Shown here: piece after piece, positions 42,038 through 46,167 of the stretch
Layout: each line of letters starts with the position of its first letter
How positions within the stretch are numbered: position 1 is the stretch's first letter
Assembly (NCBI GenBank): GCA_038316905.1
Contig: JBBQAX010000002.1
Span: forward strand, 1-46,167
Direction: 5' to 3'
Origin: Verrucomicrobiota bacterium
GTDB taxonomy: Bacteria > Verrucomicrobiota > Verrucomicrobiia > Limisphaerales > CANJXF01
Length of the DNA: 46,167 bases
The notes under the pieces: model-generated
Seen by the model: the letters and a program-made list of their open reading frames with translations, nothing else
Told to the model about the DNA's origin: nothing
Databases searched by the model: none
Program-made: the position numbers and the translations under genes

Positions 42038-42420
42038 TCACAACGCAGCAAAGGCTGCATCAAACGCTTCGATGATGAAATCCGCATCGGCTTGATTGAT
42101 GCACATGGGCGGCGCGAAACGAATGGTTTGTCCCCACAGTCCACCTTTGCCGATGAGCAATCCCATTTCGCGGCATGACTCCAGAACCTGCGCGCACTCG
42201 GCTTTCGCGGGTTCTTTCGTCTGGCGAATCTCACCATTTCGACGCCGAGCATGAGACCTTTGGCGTCGGTGGCGTAGAGTTGCCGCGTCAGATTGTCGAA
42301 ACGAATATTGCAATCTGTACCGGCAAACGTGGAATTGTTTTTGGACGGATCCAACGCAATTTGCAATTTTTGACTGACGATGACCGATTTTCTTATTGCA
42401 TCTCGAGGTTGTTTTGTCAC
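42038..42420 (-). pseudogene. 3'-terminal fragment (about 125 codons, frameshifted) of a class-III aminotransferase paralogous to the gene at 44515-45855
   Basis: The last 60 aa ([60 protein letters not shown]) differ at 3 positions from the intact gene's C-terminus. Upstream similarity (..[12 protein letters not shown]) is in a different frame, caused by a 1-nt deletion near 42205-42235. No 5' two-thirds of the gene is present. Confidence 0.75.
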
Positions 42421-42517
42421 AGGCCATCAGAAATCTCATAACTATCTTGTGTTCCAACCGCGTTTTTGGTGAAGTCGCCTGATTGTTGTTTGTTCTCATC
42501 AAAACAACTCCCAAATT

Positions 42518-44346
42518 ATGACACGATTCTTATCTTTCCCGACCACGTTTACCCTGTTTGCCGTGGTTTTTTTGTTCTCCATGTCACGAGTCTCGGCTGT
42601 AACAGTTCAATTTAAAACGGCTACGTCTTCCGGCCTGGAGGGGACGTCAGTCAATAGTATCAATGTGACGCTTTCAGCCGTAACTAATGTCCAGGTAACA
42701 GTCGCTTGGACGCTGAGCGGCGGCACGGCGAACAGCTTGGATCACACGTTTACCAGCGGTAATACTTTCGGCACGCTGAGTTTCCCAATCTGGACAAACC
42801 AATCGAAGTATCCAGTTTGCAACTGACACGAATTTTACCGATGAAGACAACGAGACGATGGTGTTTCAACTCAGCGCGCCGACCAGCGCGACGCTAGGAT
42901 CACAGTCAGGCCACACGTTCACCATTAATGACAATGACGCGCCCCCATTGTTACTTTCTCCGTGCCAAGTTCTGGGGTGACTGAAGGAGGTTCGAATACC
43001 ATTCAGCTTCAATTGAGCGCGGCTTCTGCAAGAACCGTATCGATGAATTATTCGCGTATCAGCGGGACGGCATCGATCGGGGAATATTCCTTTCCCCCAG
43101 TGCAGACCGTAACGTTTACACCCGGGCAGCGGTTTCAATCGTTTACCATCAGCACACCTGAGGATTTGTTGCATGAAACCAGTAAATCCGTGGTGGTCGG
43201 GCTTTCGTCTCTCGTAAACGTTACGGTTGGCGTGCCCGGAAGCCATACGGTAACAATCAACGACGACGATCCCGCTCCGGCAGTTCAGTTTGCCCAGAGC
43301 GCCAGCAGCGCATCGGAAGACATCGGCTCCGCGCAGCGACGGACAACTCGGTGGTCGTGCAAATCGCAGAGCCGGGACTTTATCCCTATTCGCTCAGTTA
43401 TTTTGAACGTGGCGGCGGAGCGGAAGTGGAATTTTACGCGAGTGGCCCAGGTCAGGCGAGCCAACTTGTCGGATCTCCCAGTGGCACGTTGCTCGTCTAT
43501 CAGGATGCAGACATTCCAACAACAATTGTTCCAGAAGGGCCGGGATTTGTTCCAGGTCTCGCGGGACATCGCGTCGAATTCCGCCGATCCTCTTCCGGCG
43601 TCACGAATCTTTCGGCCGCGATCCTACTCTTAAACCAATCCACCAACACGGTTCCGGCCATCGCGACAGACCACGGCGTTGCCACCATCAACTATGTCGA
43701 TGATGCATCAGATGGTGTTTTCACTAGCGGCAATCGTCTGATCGCCACGCCGCCGATGACTGCGGTTAAATCTACTTTTTCTACAGGCGCCGAAGATAAT
43801 TTTGCGATGCGATCCGGCGGTTACCTTTATATTCCTACCAACGGTTTGTGGCATTTCTGTGTGAACAGCGATGACGGTTTTCAATTACGAATGGGACTAG
43901 GTTCGCCAGTGATTGGAAGTTTTCCTACACTTCGCCCGCCAACGACAACCACTAACCGCGTTCTGGTAACATCTCCTGGTTGGTATGCGTATGAACTAAT
44001 ATTCTTTGAACATCTTGCCGGTTCTGAAGTGGAATTCTTCGCCTTTGGGCCAGGACAATCCACGCCTCTGCTCGTGGGCGACCCGTTGGGCAATATTCAA
44101 GTTCGCCAGAATAGCGCGATTGCCAGTGTGTCGTTGAAAGTGCTCAATGCCGCACCAGGTCAGATTCAACTCTTGTGGTCAACCAACGCGGCGGGTTTTG
44201 CTCTCCAATACACCACCAATCTCGTGTCGCCGAATTTTTGGGATTTCGTGAACGAGGTTCCTTCAGCCTCTGGATCAAATTGGACCGTCTCGATCCCGAC
44301 AACGAACACATTCCGCGCATACCGGCTCGAACATCTCAATAATTAA
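42518..44346 (+). pseudogene. Decayed gene for a secreted Calx-beta / PA14-domain adhesin-like protein (two frameshifts plus an internal deletion junction)
   Basis: Signal peptide MTRFLSFPTTFTLFAVVFLFSMSRVSA. Calx-beta 1 continues in another frame after about 42786 (..GTLSFP|SGQTNRSIQFATDTNFTDEDNETMVFQLSAP..INDND). Calx-beta 2 resumes after the C5 run at 42942-42946 (IVTFSVPSSGVTEGGSN...TINDDD). A third Calx-beta start (VQFAQSASSASEDIGSA) abuts the end of a PA14 domain (..VVVQIAEPGLYPYSLSYFERGGGAEVEFYASGPG) near 43325-43350. A complete PA14 domain (GGYLYIPTNGLWHFCVNSDDGFQLRMG...YELIFFEHLAGSEVEFFAFGPG) and a C-terminal module follow. Confidence 0.65.
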
Positions 44347-44514
44347 GTAAGAAAGTTAAAGAGGCAACGAGCGCGCCTGCTTGGGCGAGTTCTCTTGCGT
44401 CTTTCCGAACTGATTAGATTACTTCATTTGCTCGCACCGCGTTTAATCGCGACCGCGATTGATTAAGCGAATCTGTTCCATGAAATCACAAACTTGGCTC
44501 GGAAATAATTTTCC

Positions 44515-45855
44515 TCACAACGCGGAGAACGCCGCGTCGAATACTTCGATGATGAAATCGGCGTCGGCTTGCGTGATGCACATGGGCGGCGCGAACCGAA
44601 TGGTTTGTCCCCACAATCCGCCTTTGCCGATGAGCAATCCCATTTCGCGGCACGACTCCAAAACCTGCGCGCACTCCGCTTTAGCCGGTTCTTTGGTTTC
44701 GCGATCTTTGACCATTTCGACGCCGAGCATCAAACCTTTACCGCGCACGTCGCCGATGATTTTGTGTTTCGCTTTCAGTTTTTCCAAACCGTCTTTGATG
44801 CGGGTTCCCATCTTGTGGGAATTCTCCTGCAACTTTTCGTTTTCAATAACTTCGAGAACGGCTTTGCCCATTGCGCTGACGACGGGATTTCCGCCGAACG
44901 TGTTGAAATGAATTTTGCCAGCGAGCGTGGCGGCGATTTGCGGTGTGGTGACGACAGCGGCGAGGGGAGCGCCATTGCCAATTCCTTTAGCCATCGTGAC
45001 GATGTCTGGAACGACGCCTTGCGTTTCAAATCCCCAAAAGTGCGTGCCGGTGCGACCGAACCCCGTTTGCACTTCGTCCGCGATACAAACTCCGCCCGCT
45101 GCGCGAACATGTTCGTAAGTGTGCTTCAAATAGTTTTGCGGAAATTCCACGAAGCCGCCGACACCTTGAATTGATTCTGCAATGAAACCTGCAACCTTTC
45201 CGGGTGTGGCGTAATCGATCAACGACTTCACATCATCCGCATATTTCTTCCCCGCATTGGCGTCGTCGTAACCGTAAGGCCCGCGATATTGATAAGGCGC
45301 GATGGCGTGATGGACGCCGAAACTGTGCGGCACATTATATTTCCAACTGCTGTGCGCGGTGAGTCCCATGCCGGAAGAATTGCCGCCGTGATACGCGTTA
45401 CGCAACGCGATCATGTCGTAGTTGCTCGTGTATAGTCGCGCCATGAGCAACGCGAGATCGTTCGCTTCGGAACCGGAGTTCACGAAGTAACAAACTTTCA
45501 AATCGCCCGGCAATTTCGATGCGAGTTTCTCCGCAAACTGAGCAATGTTCGGATGCAGATAAATTGTCGTGGAATGTTGCAGAGTTTCCATTTGCTTCTG
45601 CGCCGACGCGAGAACATGCGGATGACAATGGCCGACGCTGATCGTCACAATCCCTCCGAGACCGTCGAGGTAACGTGTCCCTTTGTCGTCCCAGATATAT
45701 TGTCCTTTGCCCTCAACAAACATGATCGGACTTTTGTAGTAGAGGAAAAGGCCAGGGCTTAAAAACTGTTTGCGAAGTTTCAAAATATCCTCGGCGGACG
45801 GGCCGGTGTACGGTTTTGGTTGATGATCGAAGGGCGGGAGTGTTGGTTTTTTCAT
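44515..45855 (-). CDS. Class-III (PLP-dependent) aminotransferase, AGXT2 / beta-alanine-pyruvate-like
   Basis: 446 aa. N-terminus [75 protein letters not shown] resembles AGXT2-type enzymes. Also [24 protein letters not shown] and TMAKGIGNG (PLP Lys). Confidence 0.9.
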   Translation of the reverse strand: MKKPTLPPFDHQPKPYTGPSAEDILKLRKQFLSPGLFLYYKSPIMFVEGKGQYIWDDKGTRYLDGLGGIVTISVGHCHPHVLASAQKQMETLQHSTTIYLHPNIAQFAEKLASKLPGDLKVCYFVNSGSEANDLALLMARLYTSNYDMIALRNAYHGGNSSGMGLTAHSSWKYNVPHSFGVHHAIAPYQYRGPYGYDDANAGKKYADDVKSLIDYATPGKVAGFIAESIQGVGGFVEFPQNYLKHTYEHVRAAGGVCIADEVQTGFGRTGTHFWGFETQGVVPDIVTMAKGIGNGAPLAAVVTTPQIAATLAGKIHFNTFGGNPVVSAMGKAVLEVIENEKLQENSHKMGTRIKDGLEKLKAKHKIIGDVRGKGLMLGVEMVKDRETKEPAKAECAQVLESCREMGLLIGKGGLWGQTIRFAPPMCITQADADFIIEVFDAAFSAL

Positions 45856-45859
45856 GAAA

Positions 45860-46167
45860 TTAGTTTAAGGCCGGTTCAGTGTTTTTCGTGGCAGCGGAAT
45901 GTTCTGTTTCAGGGAAAGCGTTTCGGGCCGCTAGGTAAATCACAAAAGCGATAATGAATCCCACGAACCACGCGTAGGAGTAAATTGTGTGAAAAACAGG
46001 AGCGATGTTTTCCCTGGAAACAATCCCGATCGTCGCGAGAAATCCCGGGAGATTTGGCAAAATACTCAGGAACAGAGTGGCCAATCCGACGATGCTGAAT
46101 CCGCGCGCGTAGCTATATTCGCCATCGGATTTGTATAACTCCACCACGTTGAGCCGCTGTTTTCGAT
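45860..46167 (-). CDS. NCS1-family (nucleobase/hydantoin/allantoin-type) permease, C-terminal part; the 5' part lies beyond the right window edge
   Basis: The frame stays open to the window end (..[47 protein letters not shown]...[16 protein letters not shown]), matching the NCS1 C-terminal ..R...l.v..LY...g.Y.Y..G.n pattern plus the last two TM helices. The stop lies 4 nt before the aminotransferase start. Confidence 0.6.
   Translation of the reverse strand, partial: RKQRLNVVELYKSDGEYSYARGFSIVGLATLFLSILPNLPGFLATIGIVSRENIAPVFHTIYSYAWFVGFIIAFVIYLAARNAFPETEHSAATKNTEPALN

Noticed and set aside
1-46167. CRISPR arrays, tRNA/rRNA genes, prophage or integrase genes, defence-system hallmarks (for example restriction-modification, CBASS, retron, Abi)
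   Set aside because: I saw no regularly spaced direct repeats, no tRNA T-arm/anticodon-arm patterns in intergenic regions and no integrase, recombinase or phage structural ORFs. The only defence-like element is the small TA pair.

Overview
46.2-kb chromosomal window. The gene content suggests a PVC-superphylum (Verrucomicrobiota-like) bacterium; this is inferred from a DUF2723/TPR GT-C protein, fused lpxC-fabZ, a sulfatase, a Minf_1886-like protein and secreted proteins ending in an FYR-type C-terminal module. I count about 38 protein-coding genes or pseudogenes and saw no rRNA, tRNA, CRISPR array or prophage. All product calls come from reading the translated ORFs and recalling family motifs, with no database search, and several track ORFs carry N-terminal over-extensions that I trimmed. 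Layout: (1) 1-10407, a nine-gene, translationally coupled minus-strand operon. It joins a partner-switching module (STAS, a kinase-GAF-PP2C fusion, REC) to an AP-superfamily enzyme, an NRPS-like A-T-TE with a cysteine thioesterase and a Pro-like specificity code, a Wzx flippase, GT2, an NTase-fold protein and GT4. This is the most unusual content and I cannot match it to a described system. (2) mgtE and a ClC channel. (3) An envelope-glycan operon: WecA-like, GT4, DUF2723/TPR, an embedded RlmD-like methyltransferase, and an amidase/FN3 secreted protein. (4) Housekeeping and accessory genes: M16 peptidase, a UPF0175/DUF3368-PIN toxin-antitoxin pair, Ppm1-like GT2, an enolase-superfamily enzyme, an amidohydrolase and an ankyrin protein. 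(5) A Galf locus with a GH1-like/GT fusion plus glf. (6) A small junkyard holding a transposase remnant and a frameshifted RraB-like lipoprotein. (7) Sulfatase, lpxC-fabZ and lpxA. (8) A decayed Calx-beta/PA14 gene bracketed by a duplicated aminotransferase 3' end. (9) An AGXT2-like aminotransferase and a partial NCS1 permease. A MITE-like repeat family with shared termini occurs at least three times.
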